Source: Clostridia bacterium
GTDB lineage: Bacteria > Bacillota > Clostridia > Oscillospirales > Acutalibacteraceae
Direction: 5' to 3'
NCBI GenBank assembly: GCA_017450185.1
Contig: JAFSWN010000071.1
Span: 715 to 64,714, forward strand
Length of the DNA stretch: 64,000 bases
Part shown: positions 1 to 8,350 of the stretch, piece after piece
Layout of the letters: each line of letters begins with the position of its first letter
Numbering within the stretch: the first letter of the stretch is position 1
Notes under the pieces: generated by a model
Seen by the model: only the letters and a program-made list of their open reading frames with translations
Told to the model about the DNA's origin: nothing
The model's database searches: none
Program-made: the position numbers and the translations under genes

Positions 1-540
1 GCTCTCGGGATAGCATGAACGCACGGCGTTGATATCGGTGACGCCCGCGTCGGTCTCGGAGTAAACGTCCTTGCCCTCAGTTTTGCCGTAGACCTCGAAA
101 GTCGAGGTCAGCAGCACCCGGGCTGCGGGGTTCCTTTCGGAGCAGAAGCGAAGCACGTTCTCGGCTCCGCGTATGTTTGTGAGCAGCGTTTCGGCGGGAT
201 AAAGGGCGTAGGAGCGGGGGTCTGCGTTGCTGGCGGCATGGAGCACGTAATCGGGTGCGGTTTCGCACCTGATGGGCTCGCATATATCCTGACTAAGCAC
301 GGTCAGCTCTCCGTTTCCGGCATAGGAAAAACGGCTGCGGAGCTTTTCCTCGTTCCTGCCCAGGGCGAGCACGCGAAAAGAAGCGCCGTAAAGCGAGTTT
401 GCCCGCAAAAGGCAGTCGATAAAGGCGGAACCGATGAGCCCGGAGGCTCCGGTCACCAGCACCGTCCCTTTGTTATTTTTCAGGCGCGCGGCGGTCCTGT
501 CCACGGCCGACATATAGGTCCTGCTCTCAAAAGGTTCCAT
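1..540 (-). CDS. NAD-dependent epimerase/dehydratase-type SDR; N-terminal 180 codons, gene continues past the left edge
   Basis: Absent from the ORF track because it is open at the window edge. My minus-strand translation from ATG 540-538 reads MEPFESRTYMSAVDRTAARLKNNKGTVLVTGASGLIGSAFIDCLL...HAASNADP...TSTFEVYG, with no stop down to position 1. Rossmann TGxxGxxG motif. Start lies 1 nt after the stop of the upstream IspD-like gene. Confidence 0.7.
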   Translation of the reverse strand, partial: MEPFESRTYMSAVDRTAARLKNNKGTVLVTGASGLIGSAFIDCLLRANSLYGASFRVLALGRNEEKLRSRFSYAGNGELTVLSQDICEPIRCETAPDYVLHAASNADPRSYALYPAETLLTNIRGAENVLRFCSERNPAARVLLTSTFEVYGKTEGKDVYSETDAGVTDINAVRSCYPES

Positions 541-541
541 C

Positions 542-1255
542 TCAGTGCATCCAGTAGTCTTTTTTAGCGTTGAGCAGCGCCTTGAATATCTCAATGTCCT
601 CTGCGGTCGTGAGCTTGAGGTTTTTTTCGGAGCCGATGGATAAAAACAGCTCGCGGCCAAGCTCTATATACATTGTGCAGGACGCCACGGAATTGGTGAT
701 GCCCTTCGCAAGGGCCTCCTTATGGGCTTCAACGATGTCGTTGACAAAGAAGGTCTGAGGAGTCTGCGTGATCTTCAGGTTGTCACGCGGGACCTGCGAG
801 GTGGATGACTCTCCGTCCATGGTTTTGAGCATGGCGGCGGTGCAGGGGATCACGGTGATGGCGTTGCCCTTCTCGCGGCAGACGCGGATGTTGTCGGAGA
901 TGATATCCGCGCTGAGCATCGGGCGTATCGCGTCGTGAATCAGCACGATATCGTCGTCGCCGTTGTGTCGGGATTCGATATCGTAAAGCCCGTTTCTTAT
1001 TGAATCCTGCCCGTTCTTGCCGCCGCTGACCACGTTTTCAAGCTTTGTGATACCGAACTGCTTGGCGTAGGCTTTCAGTATATCGTGCCAGCCGTCGAGG
1101 CAGACCACCTCTATTGCGTCGATATTGGGGTGGCTCTGGAACGCTTCCATTGTGTAGACGATAACGGGTTTATCGTATACGTTTATGAACTGCTTGGGGA
1201 TGTCCTGATTCATCCTTGCGCCGACTCCGCCGGCGATTATGAGAGCTATATTCAT
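542..1255 (-). CDS. IspD/TarI-family sugar-alcohol-phosphate cytidylyltransferase (CDP-alditol synthesis)
   Basis: N-terminus MNIALIIAGGVGARMNQDIPKQF matches the IspD/TarI glycine-rich signature. AAGGAAAG RBS upstream. Sits in a glycopolymer operon. Confidence 0.8.
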   Translation of the reverse strand: MNIALIIAGGVGARMNQDIPKQFINVYDKPVIVYTMEAFQSHPNIDAIEVVCLDGWHDILKAYAKQFGITKLENVVSGGKNGQDSIRNGLYDIESRHNGDDDIVLIHDAIRPMLSADIISDNIRVCREKGNAITVIPCTAAMLKTMDGESSTSQVPRDNLKITQTPQTFFVNDIVEAHKEALAKGITNSVASCTMYIELGRELFLSIGSEKNLKLTTAEDIEIFKALLNAKKDYWMH

Positions 1256-1276
1256 GATCTTACTTTCCTTATCAAC

Positions 1277-2377
1277 TCAAAGAGATAGTATTATATCGCA
1301 GATGCGGTCGACGTTTTCGGTTCCGAGCCCCTCATAAAGAGGAAGGCACAGAACGTTTTCGGAAACGCGAAGCGCCACGGGGGTTTCCTTTGCGGCGTTA
1401 TCGCAGCCGAAGCCCGAAACGCTGCTCGTGAGCGGGTAGAAATACTTGCGCGCGCCTATGCCTTTTTCGGCGAGGGCTTCCATTACCTCGTTTCTTGAGA
1501 AACCGAAAACCTCGGGATCGAAAACCGCGGGAAAATAGGCGTAGTTGCTCTGCACGTCCTTCTGAACGGCGCTCAGGGTTATGCCTCTGACGTTTTCAAG
1601 CCTTTCGCGGTAGCGCGTGACGGCCTCTTTTCTTGAGGCGATCGCTTCTTCGATATGCCTCAGGTTGCAAAGGCCCATGGCGGCGGCGAATTCGTTCATT
1701 TTGGCGTTCCCTCCGAAGAGCTCGAGAGCTTCGCCGTTGATGCCGAAATTTTTCCACTGGTTCAAAAGCGAATAGTATTTATCGTCTCTGAACACCGCCG
1801 CGCCGCCTTCGATGCTGTGGAACACCTTGGTGGCATGGAAGCTGAACATGGACGCGTCGCCCAGCCTTGCGGAGCTTTTTCCGTTTTTGAAAACCCCGAA
1901 CGCGTGCGCCGCGTCATATATGACCTTCAGGCCGTGTTTTGCAGCGATCTTCTCTATGGCGTCGTCGTCGCACAGGTTGCCGTAGACGTGGACCGGCATT
2001 ATCGCCGAAGTTTTTTCGGTGATAAGCGCTTCGATCTTTTCGGGATCGATAGTGAAATCATCGGGCTTTATATCGCAGAAAACGGGCTTGAGGCCCTTTC
2101 TGACAATGGCGTTTGTTGTTGAAACGAAAGTGAACGGAGTGGTTATGACCTCGCCCGTAAGGCCGAGCGTTTCGATTATGCACTCAAGCGCGTGGTGGCC
2201 GTTTACGCACAGCGCGAGATTTGAAACTCCGAGAAACGCGCAGAGCTCTTTTTCGAGCTGCTGGTGCTTGACGCCCGAGTTCGTGAGCCAGCGGTTGTTC
2301 CATATTTCCTTTATCTCGTTGCAGTATTCCTCAAACGGAGGCATCGAGGAACGCGTTACCAAAATTTTATCGTCCAT
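1277..2377 (-). CDS. DegT/DnrJ/EryC1/StrS-family PLP-dependent sugar aminotransferase
   Basis: 366 aa. Typical family layout, with SFHATKVF carrying the PLP lysine. Lies downstream of rfbA/rfbB. Confidence 0.85.
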   Translation of the reverse strand: MDDKILVTRSSMPPFEEYCNEIKEIWNNRWLTNSGVKHQQLEKELCAFLGVSNLALCVNGHHALECIIETLGLTGEVITTPFTFVSTTNAIVRKGLKPVFCDIKPDDFTIDPEKIEALITEKTSAIMPVHVYGNLCDDDAIEKIAAKHGLKVIYDAAHAFGVFKNGKSSARLGDASMFSFHATKVFHSIEGGAAVFRDDKYYSLLNQWKNFGINGEALELFGGNAKMNEFAAAMGLCNLRHIEEAIASRKEAVTRYRERLENVRGITLSAVQKDVQSNYAYFPAVFDPEVFGFSRNEVMEALAEKGIGARKYFYPLTSSVSGFGCDNAAKETPVALRVSENVLCLPLYEGLGTENVDRICDIILSL

Positions 2378-2393
2378 TTGCGTTTACCTTCTG

Positions 2394-3362
2394 TTATTTC
2401 AAAATGATCTTTTTTATAAAACCGTAAACGGCTTCTCCCCTTTTTCCGAGCAGCGAGAACATCAGAATGAGCAGACGGAACGTTATTCTGTCCTTCATTC
2501 CGAGCAGATCGGCGCTTTCAACGGCCTTTTGCTTAAGCTCCGGCGAAAAGGTTTTTCGGTATTCGGTGAGCCACAGGTGAGCCAGATGATAGTCCGTTTC
2601 ATAGCGGAAACGTCCGTTGTAGCGCTCGTTGAAAAGGGAAAGCCATTTTATTTCGTTTTCGATATGGGTGAAATCATTGGAGACGGACATGCTCGCCGTC
2701 CATGAGCCCCTGTGGGCAAAACGGTAGACCGCCATAATCTCGTCGATGTAGTACACCTTCCCCTCGGCAGCGCTGAGGACCTGAAGAGGATAGTCGTAGA
2801 CGTCGGCGAGGCGTCGAAAATCGGGCCACATATCGGCAATATCGCGTCTGACCATGAGAGATACGGACGGGCAGAACATACCGCCGCGTTTAACTATGAT
2901 CGGGGACGGAACAAATGAGGAGCCCTTTACCGGACGGAACGGAGTTTGTCTGCCGAGGCTGTCAAGCTGCATGACCGCGTGAAAGCACATGGTGATACCG
3001 GGGTCGCCGAGCATCACCTCCGTTTGCTTCTGAAGCTTGTCGGGAGAGAGCCAGTAGTCGTCGCCCTCGCATATCGCCACAAAACGGCCTCTCAGCAGAG
3101 GGGCAATATAAGTTTCGGCGATATTACAGCTTTTCATACGGTTTTCGCTTTGCAGCACGGGGACTATTACGTCCGGGTATTTTTCGGCGTAACGCCTTAC
3201 CGTATCGGCGGTGCCGTCGGTGGAGCAGTCGTCGTGAACGATGAGCTCGAACGGAAAATCCGTTTTTTGTGAAAGCACGCTCTCTATGGCCCCGGCAACG
3301 GTATCTGCGTGGTTGTAGCAGAGACATACCACCGACACCAATGGAGCTCCGGCGTTCATCAT
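2394..3362 (-). CDS. Family 2 glycosyltransferase
   Basis: VSVVCLCYNHADTVAGAIESVLSQKTDFPFELIVHDDCSTDGT is a GT2 N-terminal signature. I place the start at ATG 3362, which forms an ATGA overlap with the rfbB stop, rather than the track start 3401. Confidence 0.85.
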   Translation of the reverse strand: MMNAGAPLVSVVCLCYNHADTVAGAIESVLSQKTDFPFELIVHDDCSTDGTADTVRRYAEKYPDVIVPVLQSENRMKSCNIAETYIAPLLRGRFVAICEGDDYWLSPDKLQKQTEVMLGDPGITMCFHAVMQLDSLGRQTPFRPVKGSSFVPSPIIVKRGGMFCPSVSLMVRRDIADMWPDFRRLADVYDYPLQVLSAAEGKVYYIDEIMAVYRFAHRGSWTASMSVSNDFTHIENEIKWLSLFNERYNGRFRYETDYHLAHLWLTEYRKTFSPELKQKAVESADLLGMKDRITFRLLILMFSLLGKRGEAVYGFIKKIILK

Positions 3363-4354
3363 AGCTTCTGATAATCTCCACTCAATATATTTTCCCACCA
3401 TGCGGTGTTTTCAAGATACCAGTTTATGGTTTTTACGATCCCGTCCTCAAATTTCGTTTCGGGAAGCCAGCCGAGATCGGCGTGGATCTTGGCGGGATCG
3501 ATGGCGTAGCGCATATCGTGCCCCTTACGGTCAGCCACATAGGTTATAAGGCTTTCGGGCTTCCCGAGAGCGGCGCAGATTAGCTTAACGATATCTATGT
3601 TGCGCTTCTCGTTGTGGCCGCCGATGTTGTATACCTCGCCTTCCTTCGCGTTGTGGATGATAAGGTCAATAGCCTTGCAGTGGTCCTCAACGTAGAGCCA
3701 GTCGCGCACGTTGAGGCCTTCGCCGTAAACGGGAAGAGGCTCGTCATGCAGAGCCTTCGCTATCATAAGCGGGATAAGCTTTTCGGGGAACTGATAGGGA
3801 CCGTAATTGTTTGAGCAGCGGCTTACAGTCACGGGCAGTCCGAAGGTCCTGTGGTAGGCTCCCACAAGAAGATCGGCGGAAGCCTTCGACGACGAATACG
3901 GAGAGCTCGTGTGAAGCGGGGTGGTTTCCGTGAAGAACAGATCGGGACGGTCGAGCGGAAGATCGCCGTACACCTCGTCGGTGGAAACCTGATGGAAACG
4001 CCTGACGCCGTATTTTCTGCATGCGTCCATAAGGACCGCGGTTCCTATGATATTGGTTTGAAGGAACACGTCGGGGTTCTCTATGGACCTGTCAACGTGG
4101 CTCTCGGCGGCGAAGTTTACCACGATATCCGGCTTTTCCTCTTCAAAAAGCGAATAAATCGCCGCGCGGTCACAGATATCGACACGGGCAAAACGGAAGT
4201 TCGTTTTGTCCATCAAGGGCTTGAGAGTGTGGATATTTCCGGCATAGGTGAGCTTGTCGATGCAGACAAAACGGTAATCCGGATACTTTTTTATCATGTA
4301 AAAAAGAAAATTGGAACCAATGAACCCGGCGCCGCCGGTAACGAATACAGTCAT
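3359..4354 (-). CDS. rfbB: dTDP-glucose 4,6-dehydratase
   Basis: MTVFVTGGAGFIGSNF..., plus the YSSSK active-site motif. ATG 4354 is preceded by a GGAAGGA RBS; the track start 4375 is a TTG with no RBS. Confidence 0.9.
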   Translation of the reverse strand: MTVFVTGGAGFIGSNFLFYMIKKYPDYRFVCIDKLTYAGNIHTLKPLMDKTNFRFARVDICDRAAIYSLFEEEKPDIVVNFAAESHVDRSIENPDVFLQTNIIGTAVLMDACRKYGVRRFHQVSTDEVYGDLPLDRPDLFFTETTPLHTSSPYSSSKASADLLVGAYHRTFGLPVTVSRCSNNYGPYQFPEKLIPLMIAKALHDEPLPVYGEGLNVRDWLYVEDHCKAIDLIIHNAKEGEVYNIGGHNEKRNIDIVKLICAALGKPESLITYVADRKGHDMRYAIDPAKIHADLGWLPETKFEDGIVKTINWYLENTAWWENILSGDYQKL

Positions 4355-4371
4355 AAGCTTTTCCTTCCGTA

Positions 4372-5253
4372 TCAAAAGATTTTATCGGTGGCAACGCGTG
4401 AAAGATGCTCGCCGTAGGGGGATTTGCCGTAGAGCTCGGCGGCGTCAAGCAGCTGCTCCCTTGTTATCCAGCGCTTTCTGTAGGCTATCTCCTCCGGCGC
4501 AGAAATAACGAGGCCCTGACGGTTCTGGACCGTCTGAACAAAAAGGGATGCGTCCATGAGGCTGTCCATAGTTCCGGTGTCCATCCACGCGAAGCCGCGG
4601 CCCAGCACCTGGACCTTCAGGCTGTTCGCCTTGAGATAAAGCTTGTTGAGATCGGTTATCTCAAGCTCGCCTCTCTCGGAGGGGCGCACCTTTTTGGCCA
4701 TCTCAACAACTCTGTTGTCATAGAAATAAAGTCCCGTAACGCAATAGTTCGATTTCGGGAAAGCGGGTTTCTCCTCAAGGGAGAGCACCTTGAGCTCCTT
4801 ATCGAACTCAACTATCCCAAAGCGATGGGGATCGGGCACGGGATATCCGAATATGGTGGCCAGACCGTTTTCGGCGTTCTGAACTGCTTCGCTCAGGTTT
4901 TTTGAGAAATAGCCGCCGTAGAAAATGTTGTCGCCGAGAACCATCGCGCACGCGTCTCCGCCGATGAAATCCTCGCCGATGATGAAGGCCTGCGCGAGGC
5001 CGTCGGGACTCGGCTGAACGGCGTAGGAAAGCTCAACGCCGAACTGGCTCCCGTCGCCCAAAAGCTCCTTAAAGCGGGGCGTGTCGGCGGGAGTGGAGAT
5101 GACCAGTATGTCTTTTATTCCCGCCAGCATAAGCGTTGACAGAGGATAAAAGATCATGGGCTTGTCGTAGATGGGAAGAAGCTGCTTGGAGGTGACCCTT
5201 GTGATGGGGAACAAACGCGTTCCGGAGCCGCCTGCCAGAATAATACCTTTCAT
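4372..5253 (-). CDS. rfbA: Glucose-1-phosphate thymidylyltransferase
   Basis: [46 protein letters not shown] is near-canonical RmlA. Confidence 0.95.
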   Translation of the reverse strand: MKGIILAGGSGTRLFPITRVTSKQLLPIYDKPMIFYPLSTLMLAGIKDILVISTPADTPRFKELLGDGSQFGVELSYAVQPSPDGLAQAFIIGEDFIGGDACAMVLGDNIFYGGYFSKNLSEAVQNAENGLATIFGYPVPDPHRFGIVEFDKELKVLSLEEKPAFPKSNYCVTGLYFYDNRVVEMAKKVRPSERGELEITDLNKLYLKANSLKVQVLGRGFAWMDTGTMDSLMDASLFVQTVQNRQGLVISAPEEIAYRKRWITREQLLDAAELYGKSPYGEHLSRVATDKIF

Positions 5254-5297
5254 ACGGACCGTCCTTTCTTGTCTTATGTCAAATATGCGGTTCAGTG

Positions 5298-6269
5298 TTA
5301 TTTTGTTACTCCGTCGATCTCGTCCTCGATGGCCTTGCGCTCCTCGGCAGACATGCCGTCCACGATCTTCAAAAGCCGCTGTATACGCGCCGTTTCGCTT
5401 TCGTTGCGGTCGATCTTATAGGGGAAATCCTCGGGGTGCGCGCGCTCCTTGACGCCGATGCGCCACGCCACGCGAAAGCGGTTGGAAACGTCGGTGAGCT
5501 CCTCCTCGTTCGCGGGAAGCCTTCTCTGGTCGTTGGGAGTGAAAAGATAGGCGCTGTAGGCGTTGCATATGACGTTCGCGGGACCGAAAGCCACCTGATT
5601 GCCGTGGTCGAGCCAAAGGCATTTGTTGCACAGGTCCCTGACCTGCTGGACGGAATGGGAAACGAGGATACCCGTCACTCCGTTTGCCAGTATCCCCTTT
5701 ATGCGCCTTGCGCTCTTCTCCTTGAACGCCTCGTCGCCGACGGAGAGGACCTCGTCGAGAATAAGGATATCCGGCTCGACGAGACAGGCGATGGAAAACG
5801 CAAGACGGCTCTTCATGCCTGAGGAAAGCTGCTTGAACATATACTCCTGAAAATCCTCGAGCTCGGCAAAGGAGATTATCTCATTATATTTTCTCTCCAT
5901 GAATTCCTTCGTGTAGCCGAGAAGCGCGCCGCGAAGGAAGGTGTTCTCGCGCACGGTGAGCTCGGGATCGAAACCGGAGGCGAGCTCGAGAAGGGCCGCT
6001 ATCTTGCCCTCTACAACGACGCTGCCCTTTGTTGGGACCATAATGCCGGTTATGGCCTTGAGAAGAGTGGATTTGCCCGCGCCGTTGGTGCCGACGATAC
6101 CGAGCATATCGCCCTTTTCGAGAGAAAAGCTGATATCGCGGTCGGCCCAGAATTCTTCTACCTTGTAGGTACGGGTGATTTTCTTTATAACGTAATCCTT
6201 AAGACCTATCTGCTGCAGGTCGCCGGTTTTATATCTGATTGAAACGTTGCTGCACTCTATCACTGACAT
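5298..6269 (-). CDS. ABC transporter ATP-binding protein, polysaccharide/teichoic-acid export type (TagH/Wzt-like) with C-terminal extension
   Basis: Walker [10 protein letters not shown], signature LSSGM, Walker B ILILDE. About 90 extra C-terminal residues. Adjacent ABC-2 permease. Confidence 0.85.
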   Translation of the reverse strand: MSVIECSNVSIRYKTGDLQQIGLKDYVIKKITRTYKVEEFWADRDISFSLEKGDMLGIVGTNGAGKSTLLKAITGIMVPTKGSVVVEGKIAALLELASGFDPELTVRENTFLRGALLGYTKEFMERKYNEIISFAELEDFQEYMFKQLSSGMKSRLAFSIACLVEPDILILDEVLSVGDEAFKEKSARRIKGILANGVTGILVSHSVQQVRDLCNKCLWLDHGNQVAFGPANVICNAYSAYLFTPNDQRRLPANEEELTDVSNRFRVAWRIGVKERAHPEDFPYKIDRNESETARIQRLLKIVDGMSAEERKAIEDEIDGVTK

Positions 6270-6284
6270 TTAGCTTCCCTCCCC

Positions 6285-7052
6285 TTACACGTAGTAAAGG
6301 AACTCGTGGTTATACTTTTTATACACAAGACAACCCGCAAGCAGGGCTACGGCGGTATATCCTAAAATAAGCAGATGTATCCAGAGCGGCGGCACAGAGC
6401 CCTCTATCATGACTATTCTGAAATACCTGATAAAAACGTATACGGGGTTTATGAAAAAGTATTTCTGAGCGTTCTCCGGGACGATCGAGATAGGATAGAA
6501 TATGGCGGAAACGTAGTTGAGCAGCATAAGGAAAATGCTGTAGAGATATTCGATATCCCTGAAAAAAACAAACATCGCCGAGAGCAGCATACCCACGCCC
6601 AGATTATATATAAGGAGCATCACGCACGGGTAGATGAGGCTGACGGCGTGCATGCCGAAAACTATGCCGTCGAACAGGCAGAAAACGAAATAGACCGCCA
6701 GAGTCAGGGCGAAATTTATATAGGACTGCACGGATTTCGAAAGCAGAAAAAGGGATTTCGGCACGTTTATCTTTGTGAATATGGACGCGTTCGCCATAAG
6801 GGCCCGCATACATCCCTGAGTGCACTCGGAATAGAAATTCATTACGAGCGTACCGCTGAAGATGTATATGATGAAATGCGGCTCGTGGCGTCCGAATATA
6901 TTTGAGAACACCATCATGAGGACCAGCACCGACAGCAGAGGCGACAGGATGCTCCAGAGCATCCCGAGAACGGTCCTTTTATATTTTTTCTTAAAGTCGC
7001 GCTTTACAAGCTCCGAGAAAAGGAACTGATAGCTTTCAAGCTTCTTTATCAT
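6285..7052 (-). CDS. ABC-2 type polysaccharide/teichoic-acid export permease (TagG/Wzm-like)
   Basis: 255 aa, multi-pass hydrophobic protein. N-terminus SELVKRDFKKKYKRTVLGMLWSILSPLL is typical of ABC-2 permeases. Confidence 0.85.
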   Translation of the reverse strand: MIKKLESYQFLFSELVKRDFKKKYKRTVLGMLWSILSPLLSVLVLMMVFSNIFGRHEPHFIIYIFSGTLVMNFYSECTQGCMRALMANASIFTKINVPKSLFLLSKSVQSYINFALTLAVYFVFCLFDGIVFGMHAVSLIYPCVMLLIYNLGVGMLLSAMFVFFRDIEYLYSIFLMLLNYVSAIFYPISIVPENAQKYFFINPVYVFIRYFRIVMIEGSVPPLWIHLLILGYTAVALLAGCLVYKKYNHEFLYYV

Positions 7053-7054
7053 CG

Positions 7055-8350
7055 TTATTGCCTTTCGTCGATCAAAGCCTCAACGGCGTCCACGCCGAGA
7101 GCGGTAACGCCGAAAGCTCTGCGCACGGCGTCTCTTTCAGCGAAGGAATCGTCTATGAACAAAGCGTTTTCGGAGGGACTGATATGATCGATCTTCTTCT
7201 CGCTCCGGGGGATGCAGATTATTTCGTCAAAAAGCCCGGGGAAGATCCTGAACTCCTGCATGTCTTCGCGCACGTCAGTTTCGTGACGGGTGAGAAGAAC
7301 GACCCGAATGTTGCGTTCAACGCACTGATAAATAAATCTCAGGACCGTGAAATTTACTCTGTTTTTGACTATGAGAGTGTCGTCGTAATCCATATACACC
7401 TCGTCGTAGTCCAGACCGAGCGAAAAAACGTTGTAGAGAGCCCTGTCGACCGTTGCCGAAGACAAGGGCTCGGGTATATCGAGCTCGTACCCCAGAGCGT
7501 CAAACACCGTGAGCAGCGCGAGGTTGACTCCCGCTGCCCTCTCGAGGCACATGGTACCCGCCACCCTCGTGGCGCACTCAAGAAGACGGTATTCGCCTGA
7601 GGTATTGCGCTTTAGCTGGAAGAACCATACTCCGCGAAGCTCCATCTTTTTATTGATGGTTTCGGCTATCTCCCTTATATTATCGTCGGGAGGCATGAGA
7701 GTGGAATTGACGCTTATGCCGTTTCTTATCCTGTGACGGTTGCGGCAGGACGCGAAACGCAGTTTTCCGTGCCTGTCGGTAAAGCAGTCTATGGTGTATT
7801 CCTCGCCCGGAAGATACTCGCAGATGACCTGAGGGTCGGTCCTTTGGGAAAGCTCGTAATCAAGCTCCTCCCTGCTTTTTATTATCATAAAGCCCTGGGA
7901 GCCCTGCCCCTCGGAGGGTTTGATTATAACGGGATATCCGGGGACGTCGTCTGCGCACGCGTAAACGCCCGGCAAAAATAAGCAGCCTTCAAGCTTTTTA
8001 TATGTTTTTTCCTTACTGCGGCAGATCTGAACCGCTTCGTCGGGAGAAGTGAGAAGCTCGGCGTGAAGTTTGTCCCTGTTCGCGCTGAGGAAAGCTATGA
8101 CGCTGTCGAGAGCGGGAAAGATGAATTTTATACCGTTTTCGTCGACGACCCTGTTTATCTCATCAATAAACCCGGGGTCCGAAATATAGGGAACGCCGCC
8201 GATATAGTTTTTGTATACGCTTTTCCCGTGGTCGTCGGCGCTTGACGCTCCGTACAGGGTGATGAACCTGATATCCTTGAGCGCCCTGTGAAGCTCAAGG
8301 CCGATCTCGGAGCCGCAGGGAAAAACCAAAATATTTATCTGTTCCATCAT
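7055..8350 (-). CDS. ATP-grasp enzyme fused to a C-terminal HAD-like phosphatase domain
   Basis: ATP-grasp-like motifs: PVIIKPSEGQGSQG, EYLPGEEYTIDCF, ECATRVAG. C-terminal HAD motifs: DYDDTL (DxDxT), LLTRH, K...FIDDS. ATGA overlap with the upstream TagF-like stop. Confidence 0.7.
   Translation of the reverse strand: MMEQINILVFPCGSEIGLELHRALKDIRFITLYGASSADDHGKSVYKNYIGGVPYISDPGFIDEINRVVDENGIKFIFPALDSVIAFLSANRDKLHAELLTSPDEAVQICRSKEKTYKKLEGCLFLPGVYACADDVPGYPVIIKPSEGQGSQGFMIIKSREELDYELSQRTDPQVICEYLPGEEYTIDCFTDRHGKLRFASCRNRHRIRNGISVNSTLMPPDDNIREIAETINKKMELRGVWFFQLKRNTSGEYRLLECATRVAGTMCLERAAGVNLALLTVFDALGYELDIPEPLSSATVDRALYNVFSLGLDYDEVYMDYDDTLIVKNRVNFTVLRFIYQCVERNIRVVLLTRHETDVREDMQEFRIFPGLFDEIICIPRSEKKIDHISPSENALFIDDSFAERDAVRRAFGVTALGVDAVEALIDERQ

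Noticed and set aside
238-567. 109-aa plus-strand ORF at the left edge.
   Set aside because: It is overlapped by an open minus-strand frame with a clear Rossmann SDR N-terminus that starts 1 nt after the IspD-like stop. The plus-strand product has no motif.
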